Made by a program: the position numbers and the translations under genes
Shown here: positions 1-7,482 of the stretch, in pieces
How the letters are laid out: each line of letters opens with the position of its first letter
How positions within the stretch are numbered: the first letter of the stretch is position 1
NCBI GenBank assembly: GCA_033763315.1
Contig: JANRKS010000004.1
Location: 1 to 13,794, forward strand
DNA length: 13,794 bases
Reading direction: 5' to 3'
Source: Deltaproteobacteria bacterium
GTDB taxonomy: Bacteria > Myxococcota_A > Polyangia > Fen-1088
Notes under the pieces: generated by a model
Database searches by the model: none
What the model saw: the letters and a program-made list of their open reading frames with translations, nothing else
What the model was told of the DNA's origin: nothing

Positions 1-160
1 CCTTCCAGTTTCCGGATGCCAACTTCTCAAGCGAGTCGATCCAACGCTGTGTTACCTCTTGTGAGTAGAACGCAGGAGGTAGGTCTTTGCAGTTGCAGGG
101 AACCATATGCTTACGCCATCGAGTTGATTCGTCCGGCCAACTTGTCGGTGAGCTGTTCAT
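1..160 (-). CDS. Partial hypothetical protein running off the window edge (MNSSPTSWPDESTRWRKHMVPCNCKDLPPAFYSQEVTQRWIDSLEKLASGNWK...)
   Basis: ATG at 160-158, and the frame is open to position 1. It is missing from the ORF track because there is no stop in the window. The start is uncertain because the frame is also open upstream. No recognisable motif. Confidence 0.4.
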   Translation of the reverse strand, partial: MNSSPTSWPDESTRWRKHMVPCNCKDLPPAFYSQEVTQRWIDSLEKLASGNWK

Positions 161-200
161 GATAACCAATATTCTCGACTTCGGGTTAAGAGCCAAACGG

Positions 201-223
201 GACGGCGTTGATGACGGCGTTGA
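201..223. repeat. Two copies of GACGGCGTTGA in tandem (period 12)
   Basis: Exact copies at 201-211 and 213-223. Confidence 0.8.
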
Positions 224-365
224 CCGCGCCTCAGCTGAAAGTGTCGATAAAGTTTTACCCCCAACCCAAAATACTGATAAGCCAATATCCGTGTTCGGGC
301 ATACGTTGTTTATCGGCACAGTGATTCGTCGCAGGACGGCGATCACACCCGCCCAACCCCCGCCC

Positions 366-2138
366 TCACAAAACGATCCGCATACACGTATACGTCGCCC
401 CGTCATCAACACTGTCGCACCTCAACGTTGAGTCACAGCACGTGTCAGCCACGGGATCGCATTTCTGATCCGCCGTCACGCACATGCCGGCGTCTGGCGT
501 TGGCGGTGGGGGTGTGGTGGGTGGATCGCGGACGTCTAAGGTCCAAAACGCGCGGTGGTTGTCTTCGTTGAGGCCTTGGAACTGAAGTCGGAATGCGGGG
601 AAGCTTGGATCTTCGTTTGTGCCCAATTTTTCGGGATCAATGGCAGCCACCCAGATCTGCTGGCGGCCCGCGGGGGACACGACGCCGTATTCGCGTTGCG
701 AATTGAATGCGACCCAAAGTAGATCGCCCGAAGGCGCCCACGTTGGTTGGCTGTTCTCTGTGAGTCCATCGCCCATCGCGTTCGAGACCACTCGATTCGC
801 GTTCACCAATTCGATCGGTGCGCCACCCGCTGAAGGCATCACCCACAATTGCGCTGACAGATCGCCGTGCCCGCCTTTGCCGCGAGAAAACGCAATCCAT
901 TGCGAGTCCGGCGAATGCATGGGGAACAAGTTGCTGCCGCCGGGCGGAGGTGGCATTCCTTTCACAGGCTTGGTGGTCGCCGTAGCCGCAAGCAGAACTT
1001 TCACCGCCCCCCAAGCGCCATTCATGAACGGAATCACCGCAAGGCTTGCAGCGGCTGGCGAATCACCTTTGCCCGTTGAGAATACAACTTGCGTGCCGTT
1101 GGGCGACCAATCGGGGTGAGTCGCCAACGTGGCACCCAAAGGCAGATCCATCTTCTTTGTGCCCGTCACACGATCGAGCATCCACATCTTGCCTCCCCAC
1201 GCCGCCACAACGTTTTCGTTGTCGGGTGAGATCGTGGCAAAGCCATGGCCGCCGGTGTTCGCCACATTCTTCACCAACGGGGTTGGTGGCGCGGCGCGGG
1301 TGACTTCCATGATCCACAAGCCGCCGCCCGATGCTGCCTGCACCGGAGCCAACATGAATTTGCCATCTCGAGATACAACATGGCACGCAACGCATTTCAC
1401 GCTGTCGGTTGGGCTTGCGTATGTCGTCGCTGGTTTTCCGGCGATGTAGTTTTCTGGCTCTGCCGCAGATACGTTCGCGCGGCGAATGCCCGCTGAAGTT
1501 GTGGACCAGTAGAAGATCGCGCCTTCCACCTTCTTCAGCGAGAACCCAAGCGTCACCGCGTCCGAACGCTTCACCACCGCTGCGGCCCCGCTGGTATCCA
1601 GGCCGTCAACGATCCACGAAACGGTTCTTCCCGCGTTTCCGTCCGCTATCAAATGCCACGATGATTCATCCGCCTCCCAACACGCTGTGCCCGCTTTGCC
1701 GGCGCACAGTGGATGGACGCCATCAGTGAACACCGTGACGGTGGTGCCAGGCCCCGTGAAGATCAGGCGATACTCGCTGTTGCCCGTGGCCTTCCACTGG
1801 AACAGCGTGCGGTAGATGTTGCGAGGAAACCGTGTTTGATTGCTTGGGTAAACGATTTGCGGTGCACCTGCGCCCGTTTTGGGATCGGCATTCCAATCCG
1901 TGCCTTGGCGAGGCGCGCCCAAGGTGAAGCTGCCTTGCGGATCCGCCACTGTGGCGCCGCCCGTGGCTCCTCCACCGCCTCCGTTGCCCGCAACGCCATT
2001 GCCGCCCAAAGCGACGGGCACATCAGGGCCTCCATCACCTGACGTTGTGCCGCCGTCCCCCACCTGGCTCGCATTGTCGCTGCACGCCGAAAACAACAGC
2101 ATCGCGCCAAGACAGAACACGTTACGCCGCTGGATCAT
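366..2138 (-). CDS. Lipoprotein with TolB/PD40 (WD40-like) beta-propeller repeats, a CxxCH motif and a C-terminal Cys-rich domain (~590 aa)
   Basis: Preferred start is ATG 2138, preceded by GGGGAG. Signal MIQRRNVFCLGAMLLFSA-C with a lipobox, then a Gly-rich linker. PD40-like repeats: HPDWSPNGTQVVF, FPMHSPDSQWIAF, QPTWAPSG, ATISPDNENVV. CVACH at 1380-1394, a Pro-rich linker and a six-Cys tail. Confidence 0.85.
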   Translation of the reverse strand: MIQRRNVFCLGAMLLFSACSDNASQVGDGGTTSGDGGPDVPVALGGNGVAGNGGGGGATGGATVADPQGSFTLGAPRQGTDWNADPKTGAGAPQIVYPSNQTRFPRNIYRTLFQWKATGNSEYRLIFTGPGTTVTVFTDGVHPLCAGKAGTACWEADESSWHLIADGNAGRTVSWIVDGLDTSGAAAVVKRSDAVTLGFSLKKVEGAIFYWSTTSAGIRRANVSAAEPENYIAGKPATTYASPTDSVKCVACHVVSRDGKFMLAPVQAASGGGLWIMEVTRAAPPTPLVKNVANTGGHGFATISPDNENVVAAWGGKMWMLDRVTGTKKMDLPLGATLATHPDWSPNGTQVVFSTGKGDSPAAASLAVIPFMNGAWGAVKVLLAATATTKPVKGMPPPPGGSNLFPMHSPDSQWIAFSRGKGGHGDLSAQLWVMPSAGGAPIELVNANRVVSNAMGDGLTENSQPTWAPSGDLLWVAFNSQREYGVVSPAGRQQIWVAAIDPEKLGTNEDPSFPAFRLQFQGLNEDNHRAFWTLDVRDPPTTPPPPTPDAGMCVTADQKCDPVADTCCDSTLRCDSVDDGATYTCMRIVL

Positions 2139-2228
2139 GAACGCTCCCCGTAGGTTGAACCAAGGAGCATCGACGGCTTTGAATCGCGGCTTAACGGCGC
2201 ACTGCAAACATGTGGTTCGGGAAGATCT

Positions 2229-4073
2229 TCAAGGCCCGTAATGCAGCACGACGCCGCCCCAGCCGGTGGCCCAAACGCCTGTTGAGCCTCCAGTGATTTT
2301 GTAAAGCGGAGTGGTGGTTGGGGTTGGTGTTTCGCGCCACGATTTTCCATCCCACGAAATGATCAAGCCATTGTCTCCACTGGCCCACACGTCGTCTCGC
2401 CCGCCGCACCAGATGGATAACATTTTGCCTTGTTCAGGCGTCTCCTTAACCAGCCATTGAGCCCCATCCCAGTGGGCCATTCCATTTAACCCCGCGATCC
2501 AAGCGTCATCGCGAGCGTTAACACAAACATCCATTGGATAAAGGTTCTCTGGTAGCGCAGCCGGCACAGCGTTTTTGCCGTCGAAATGCAGCACTGAAGC
2601 GTTGTCGCTTATCAACCAAATGTCGTTCAATGCTGTGCCTGCTGTCTTCACTAGTTGGGTGCCTGCAAGCGCGTGCGCTTTCCATTGTTTGCCGCCTCGC
2701 CAGGTCAGCAGTTCGTGACCACGCACGGCCCAGACCTGTGCACCGTCTGCGCTTGATAAATCATCAATGCGTCCTTGCAACACGCCGTTGCCCCACTGCT
2801 TATGGGTGCGAACCGAGCAGCCCAGCATGCCGCACGCCCAAAGCTGCTTTGTTCCATCCACATGAAAACGGAACTGAGCCAACTCACCACGACCGGCAAG
2901 ACCATCAAGCAACGAATCGTCGACGTGCCAATTCCCATCCTTACGCCGAGCGTGTGCGGCGCTTTCGTCAAACACCCAAACAGCGCCCTGGTCATCCGCC
3001 AGGGGTTGGCGCACTAGCGTGAAGTCAACGGGCCGTATTGTTTTCATCGGTTTGCCACTCTCCTGAAGCATCACGCTGCCATTGGAGCCCACCATCCACA
3101 ACGCTCCTCCGTTGCGCCCCGCCACCGCTTTGATTTGCATCGCATCTGGATAACCCTGATCCTCCCATCCCATCGTTCTTTGCTCCCACACTATGGTGTG
3201 CGAGTCGGTTACAACCGACTCTTGCCAGCGAGGTTTCTTGATGTGCCAAGGTCCATTGCCACCCGTGGCCCAAACATTGTCACGGCCAGTTCCGCTGATC
3301 GCAGTTAGAAACTGTTCTTCAACCGAATGCAGGCTCCATGCCTCGCCGTTCCAATGCGCCATCGTGCGATGGCCGCCGATCGCCCAAACGTCATCCGCGC
3401 CCGTGCCCCAAATGCCAGCCACGTTGAAGTCTTCAAAGGAATGCGTGCTCCATGCGCTTCCGTCAAAGTGCCTGATCGAGCCACGGGCGCCCACATAGAC
3501 GTCTGTCCGAGACGTCCCCCAAACAGCGGTGAACCGGGTGGCTGCATCACGCGCAATCACCGACCATTGCTTATTATCCCAGTGCAGAATCGTCCCGCCG
3601 CGGCTTCTGGGCTTACCATCCACAAGGGTGACGGCAATCGCCCACACGCTGCCGCTATCGCTTCCCCAGATCGCCTTTAGATCGTCTTCGATGGGCGACG
3701 GCACCTTCTTCCAAACATGTCCGTCCCAGTGAAGAATGGTGCCATGCCTACCCACGGCCCAGATGTCATTGCTGCGCGAGCCCCATATGCCATGCAACGT
3801 TTGCCGCGTGGGCGTTGGCAGCACCTCTTCGTGTTTCACACTTAGGTGCACAATGGTACCGGCGCTGCCCGCCGCCCACGCATCGTCGTTTGGCGCCACC
3901 CACACAGCGTTGAGCATGTTGCCGTGCGGAACAGGCAGGCTCCATTTCCACGACCAATCGGTGTGGCGGCTGTGGTGCCATCCACCTTTGCTGGCCACTC
4001 CGATCTTTGCAGACGCACACGCACCAAGGCAGAGGACAGAAAGCAAGGCATAAACGCGGTTTGCCATGTACAT
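2229..4073 (-). CDS. Lipoprotein built of ~40-aa beta-propeller repeats (L..VWG...DVWAVG..G.ILH[WF]DG..W)
   Basis: Start is ATG 4073 or 4067, just after the upstream stop at 4087. Signal RVYALLSVLCLGA-C. Repeats include LHGIWGSRSNDIWAVGRHGTILHWDGHVW, VAGIWGTGADDVWAIG and MLSIWCGGRDDVWASGDNGLIISWDGKSW, a type common in myxobacterial surface proteins. Confidence 0.85.
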   Translation of the reverse strand: MYMANRVYALLSVLCLGACASAKIGVASKGGWHHSRHTDWSWKWSLPVPHGNMLNAVWVAPNDDAWAAGSAGTIVHLSVKHEEVLPTPTRQTLHGIWGSRSNDIWAVGRHGTILHWDGHVWKKVPSPIEDDLKAIWGSDSGSVWAIAVTLVDGKPRSRGGTILHWDNKQWSVIARDAATRFTAVWGTSRTDVYVGARGSIRHFDGSAWSTHSFEDFNVAGIWGTGADDVWAIGGHRTMAHWNGEAWSLHSVEEQFLTAISGTGRDNVWATGGNGPWHIKKPRWQESVVTDSHTIVWEQRTMGWEDQGYPDAMQIKAVAGRNGGALWMVGSNGSVMLQESGKPMKTIRPVDFTLVRQPLADDQGAVWVFDESAAHARRKDGNWHVDDSLLDGLAGRGELAQFRFHVDGTKQLWACGMLGCSVRTHKQWGNGVLQGRIDDLSSADGAQVWAVRGHELLTWRGGKQWKAHALAGTQLVKTAGTALNDIWLISDNASVLHFDGKNAVPAALPENLYPMDVCVNARDDAWIAGLNGMAHWDGAQWLVKETPEQGKMLSIWCGGRDDVWASGDNGLIISWDGKSWRETPTPTTTPLYKITGGSTGVWATGWGGVVLHYGP

Positions 4074-4086
4074 CTGTTCTTGGCGC

Positions 4087-5385
4087 CTACTGCCGGTCAA
4101 GCTGTGGCAAGTGGCCTGTGAGATCCAACGTGCCGCCATTTTTCGTCACGAATGATTTTGCGCCGATGCTATCAACGTCCACGCCAAAAAGACGCGCGAC
4201 GCTTGTCAGCAGCTTGTTGTGTGGTGGCCCCGTGTTGATGACGTCAGTGCCCGTGTTGAACGCCGTGTCTTGCGGCAGGGCGATGTAGCGGCCCGTGGCA
4301 AGGCCCAGCTTGTGGCCACCCAGCATAATTGCGTGCCAAGGAAACGGGTTGTGATCGGGTTGGCCTTCTCTGCCAACCCAAACGACCAGAGTGTTCTCAA
4401 GCAGTGGTGCTCCGTCGCGCCCTTGATGCGTTGATAACGCTTCGCCAAGCCTTGCGACCTGTGTGGCAACAAACGCGTTATACCTTTGCATCACCGCACG
4501 TGCGTTGCGTCCGTCTTCTCCGGGCACGCCGATCCGGTGAGCCGCGTCTTGAGCCAAGTTGCCGGGGAAGGAGAAATCTTGCGACGACGGGCGCGCCAGG
4601 TTCAGAGCGAACACGCGTGGCCCGTCACAGAGCAGGGCGCTTGTGAGCAGTGGGATCGCCCGATCCATCCAAACAGCAAGTCCATCGGTGAGCGACGCTT
4701 GCGGTCTCACATCGATGTTGCAATTCGTCTCTGCCACGATCGCCTTCGCCGCGTCGGTGAACGAGTTCATGGCCAGCACGTTGTTTCCGGAGGCATCGAA
4801 CGTGAACGACGGCCGGCCGATCACCATAACTTCGCGTGCACCCGGCGATGCGTCGAGGCGAAGGTGATGTCCCACAAGCCAATCGATGGAGGGCCCCAGG
4901 GCTCGCGGCGGATCGCCGGGGCGTGCTGAGGGCGAACGCCAATAAGGATGACCCGTCAAAAGCATCATGGGTTCGTAAACGTTTTGGTTCCAGCTGACGT
5001 GATAACCCGCACCCGCAACGGCAACCAATTGCTGTCGCAAAGCAGAGAAGGGCTCAAGCACGGCGCTTCCCAGCACCCCTACCGCTGGCAAAGACATTTG
5101 CTGTCCGTCAGGGACGTCCGGCAGACGAAATGATTCGTTCAGAAAACCGAACTCGTGTGTAAGCAACACAAGACTCAGTGGCTGCGTTGAACCTAAAGGC
5201 CCCGCGGCATCGTTTCGCACGTCCGCGCTGATGGCATCCGCACTGGCATCACCAAATGCGATGCTGGCGTCCATCTGAGCCGCGTCGGGGTTCGTATCGA
5301 AGCTTGGGGCATCGCCATCCTCACAAGCCGAGCCAAACGCAGCAAGCGCGCAGAACAACAACGACGCTTTCTTCATGACAGCCAT
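4087..5385 (-). CDS. DUF1552 (HXXSHH)-family protein, lipoprotein form
   Basis: Family motifs LEPF...LVAVAG, LLTG, GPSIDWLVG, ALLCDGPRVFAL, DGAPLLENTLVVW, AIMLGG..LGLATGRYI and PHNKLLTSVARLFGV. Start is ATG 5385 or 5376. Signal MKKASLLFCALAAFGSA-C. Confidence 0.8.
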   Translation of the reverse strand: MAVMKKASLLFCALAAFGSACEDGDAPSFDTNPDAAQMDASIAFGDASADAISADVRNDAAGPLGSTQPLSLVLLTHEFGFLNESFRLPDVPDGQQMSLPAVGVLGSAVLEPFSALRQQLVAVAGAGYHVSWNQNVYEPMMLLTGHPYWRSPSARPGDPPRALGPSIDWLVGHHLRLDASPGAREVMVIGRPSFTFDASGNNVLAMNSFTDAAKAIVAETNCNIDVRPQASLTDGLAVWMDRAIPLLTSALLCDGPRVFALNLARPSSQDFSFPGNLAQDAAHRIGVPGEDGRNARAVMQRYNAFVATQVARLGEALSTHQGRDGAPLLENTLVVWVGREGQPDHNPFPWHAIMLGGHKLGLATGRYIALPQDTAFNTGTDVINTGPPHNKLLTSVARLFGVDVDSIGAKSFVTKNGGTLDLTGHLPQLDRQ

Positions 5386-5388
5386 GCT

Positions 5389-5406
5389 TGCTGCAAGAAT
5401 GCAGCA
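5389..5406. promoter_or_regulatory. Perfect inverted repeat TGCTGCA-N4-TGCAGCA just upstream of the DUF1552 gene (candidate operator or hairpin)
   Basis: 7-bp perfect arms ending 3 nt before ATG 5385. It overlaps a weak minus-strand TTGTGG-N17-CATTCT promoter-like arrangement. Confidence 0.4.
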
Positions 5407-5457
5407 GAGGGTATCAACCCACAAGGGCCCTGGAGAAAAGGCCCGGGATGAGCCGCG

Positions 5458-6690
5458 TCACCAGCCGGTTTGCGCCTTGATTGCGTCCGTCAGTTTCGTC
5501 GCCATCTTTGCGTGCGTCTTCAGGCTCGGATGGTAGTCGCCGCCAAGTCCATCTCCCGGCAGCTGCGTTCCGAAATCTACGAAGAACACGCGCTTGTCGT
5601 TTGCGGCGTTGCGCTTGTTTACGAAGGCTTGCGTCGCTGCTTCTGCGAGCATCGGGCCCGTGGTGCAAAAAATAAAAACATCGCCATAGACCTGGCGAAT
5701 GCGGGTCACAAAAGCGTCATAACGGGCAACGAAATCAGCGCTGGATGGTTGTTCAGCGGCAGGGGCGTCGAAGTCGTTCGTGCCTAAGTTGATAACAACG
5801 ACCTCAGGCTTCCAACGAGAAAAATCCCACGCTGGCTTGCGAGCGCCGCCCACTGTTCCCTCCCAAGCATCCGGCATGCCATCGATTCCCGTCAAGCGCC
5901 TGCCCGAGATGGCAATCGTGGCGGCGTCGGCTTCAAGAGCTCGCGCGGTGAGACTGCCATAAGCGAGGAAGTTGTTTTCACCTTCGGCGCTAAACGGTTC
6001 ATTCACAGATTTGGCCTCATTGCCATAACCACACGTGATCGAATCGCCGATGAATTCGATGCGGTGTTTGGCTGGCAAGGCTTGCTCAAGCTCACCGGTG
6101 ACCTCAAAGCCTGCGATTTCGTGGCGGCCAAGCACGGGCTCCGTTCTCAAGAACAATTCCAACACGTGTGGGCCGGGCGGAAGATCCGATACAACGTTCG
6201 TCCACTCATCAACGGCCGGAACCTTCAGCACAGACTTGGGCACGCCATCGACCACCACTTGGTACATTGGTTTGCCCGTCCACACGCCGAAGCGCGCGCG
6301 TACGCCCGTTCCGCGCATCCGAATGCGAACCCCTGCACCCGCCCAGTCGGTATTGGGACGCGCACTGTCTGTGCGATCCCAGCGGCCCAGGTAAAGCACC
6401 CGAGGGTCATCCGCGCCAAACATCACGGGCCGTGGCGCACCACCGGTGCCGGCCATCGCGCCGTCGCCACCCATGCCGCCTGAGGCGCCGCCAGATCCAA
6501 CGCTGCCGCTGTCGCCGCCTGCCGCACCAGCGGCAGCCGAGCCACCGCCGCCCCCTCCTTGGTTCTCGCCCGCGGCGCCCCCTGCATCGGCGGTGTCCAT
6601 TTCTTCATCACCGCTGCAGGCCGCAAACGCCGCCAATACGGCAAGTGGCGGCAAGGCCCAGATGTCAGCAAAACCACAACGAACGCTCAT
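5458..6690 (-). CDS. SGNH/GDSL hydrolase of carbohydrate esterase family 2 type (acetyl esterase-like), lipoprotein (~410 aa)
   Basis: ATG 6690 preceded by CAGGAG. Lipobox AFAA-C and a Gly/Ala linker. CE2 N-terminal domain (VLYLGRW, YQVVVDG, HVLELFLRTE). SGNH blocks FIGDSITCGYG, NLGTND and DYHP. There is no Asp at the canonical DxxH position, consistent with the Ser-His dyad of many CE2 enzymes. Confidence 0.9.
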   Translation of the reverse strand: MSVRCGFADIWALPPLAVLAAFAACSGDEEMDTADAGGAAGENQGGGGGGSAAAGAAGGDSGSVGSGGASGGMGGDGAMAGTGGAPRPVMFGADDPRVLYLGRWDRTDSARPNTDWAGAGVRIRMRGTGVRARFGVWTGKPMYQVVVDGVPKSVLKVPAVDEWTNVVSDLPPGPHVLELFLRTEPVLGRHEIAGFEVTGELEQALPAKHRIEFIGDSITCGYGNEAKSVNEPFSAEGENNFLAYGSLTARALEADAATIAISGRRLTGIDGMPDAWEGTVGGARKPAWDFSRWKPEVVVINLGTNDFDAPAAEQPSSADFVARYDAFVTRIRQVYGDVFIFCTTGPMLAEAATQAFVNKRNAANDKRVFFVDFGTQLPGDGLGGDYHPSLKTHAKMATKLTDAIKAQTGW

Positions 6691-6951
6691 GGGTTTCTCC
6701 TGCGGGCTGAACACAACTCACTGTACACGTCGCGAACGCAACTGCGGTGGGCGCAAGCATATCGCGTTGAAGGCGCTGGGGTCACGTGCCAGGCGCCATC
6801 CATCTTCGTGACTGGGCCCAACGGAAGCCCAAAGTAGGTCGCAGGGCCCGGCTTGGTGCAGCCCTTCGTGGCACGGCACCGCCCCGTCGGGCCTCGGCGT
6901 AGATGAGTTCGGCGCAAGACGCGGGATCGTGCGAAGGAACCCGCGGCTTCG

Positions 6952-6983
6952 AAAAGAAAAAAGGCCCGGTTTGATCCAGGCCT
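6952..6983 (-). terminator. Rho-independent terminator downstream of tRNA-Gly
   Basis: Minus strand AGGCCTGG-ATCAAA-CCGGGCCT stem-loop (one G-U pair) followed by TTTTTCTTTT. Confidence 0.85.
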
Positions 6984-6989
6984 GATGCG

Positions 6990-7061
6990 AGCGGGAGAAG
7001 GGGGTCGAACCCTCGACGTCCACCTTGGCAAGGTGGCACTCTACCACTGAGTTACTCCCGC
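6990..7061 (-). tRNA. tRNA-Gly (anticodon GCC), 3' CCA not encoded
   Basis: Minus strand GCGGGAG TA ACTC AGTGGTA GAGT G CCACC TTGCCAA GGTGG ACGTC GAGGG TTCGACC CCCTT CTCCCGC T folds into a full cloverleaf with a U discriminator. The next bases are CGC, not CCA. Confidence 0.97.
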
Positions 7062-7073
7062 AGTGGGACGCCT

Positions 7074-7102
7074 GGTTTACGACAGGACCTTGGGGCTGTC
7101 AA
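7074..7102 (-). promoter_or_regulatory. Sigma70-type promoter of tRNA-Gly
   Basis: TTGACA (7102-7097), a 17-nt spacer, then TAAACC (7079-7074), 12 nt upstream of the tRNA 5' end. Confidence 0.75.
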
Positions 7103-7307
7103 CAGTTCAGGGTGTAGAAAAAGGATGGTTTTGCGGAGAACGGGCAGGTGAGGGCCAAAGTGGTGGGGCGGTAGGGCAAGTGGACGTATTTAAAGCGAAT
7201 TTCAAGGGCATCAGGGGCCCTGCAAATCGGGCGGGCGCGCATGTATTGAAGGCTCCAAGGTTGGCGTGGGAGAGGGCTGAATGGGGGGCCTCTGATGACC
7301 GTGGGCT

Positions 7308-7388
7308 GAGGGAATTGCAGGGGGGCACTCTCGGCAATTTGGCGCCCGAGGGAATAACGAGGGAATCGCGGCCCCAAAAACGAGGGAA
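7308..7388 (+). repeat. Four copies of GAGGGAA, two as tandem CGAGGGAAT with an 11-bp period
   Basis: GAGGGAAT at 7308, CGAGGGAAT at 7347 and 7358, CGAGGGAA at 7381. Confidence 0.7.
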
Positions 7389-7421
7389 AACACGGGTGGC
7401 ACTCGGCCTACGTGGGAGATG

Positions 7422-7482
7422 TCGAACGGATTTGATCTTTCGTTGATCGTTTTGATCTTTCGAACGGTTTTGATCTTCGTTG
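7422..7482 (+). repeat. T-rich, GATC-containing direct repeats
   Basis: TCGAACGG(A/T)TTTGATCTT(T)CGTTG at 7422-7445 and 7460-7482. TTTGATCTT at 7431, 7451 and 7469. GATC at 7434, 7445, 7454 and 7472. Confidence 0.85.

Noticed and set aside
87-431. 114-aa plus-strand ORF
   Set aside because: TTG start, no recognisable motif, and it overlaps antisense to the end of the TolB-like gene and to the likely partial gene at 1-160.
6423-6600. GCC/CCG-rich low-complexity stretch
   Set aside because: Explained by the Gly/Ala linker of the esterase lipoprotein.
536-6837. Many 60-180 aa ORFs nested in or antisense to the four lipoprotein genes
   Set aside because: Arg/Pro/Ala-rich shadow frames expected in GC-rich DNA. 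The main frames carry clear family motifs.
6990-7061. Duplicated tRNA 3' end as an att site
   Set aside because: No second copy of meaningful length was found in the window by eye.
7422-7482. CRISPR array or chromosomal oriC
   Set aside because: Only two long copies with a 14-nt gap and no cas genes. I saw no DnaA boxes (TTATCCACA-like) or dnaA/dnaN genes.
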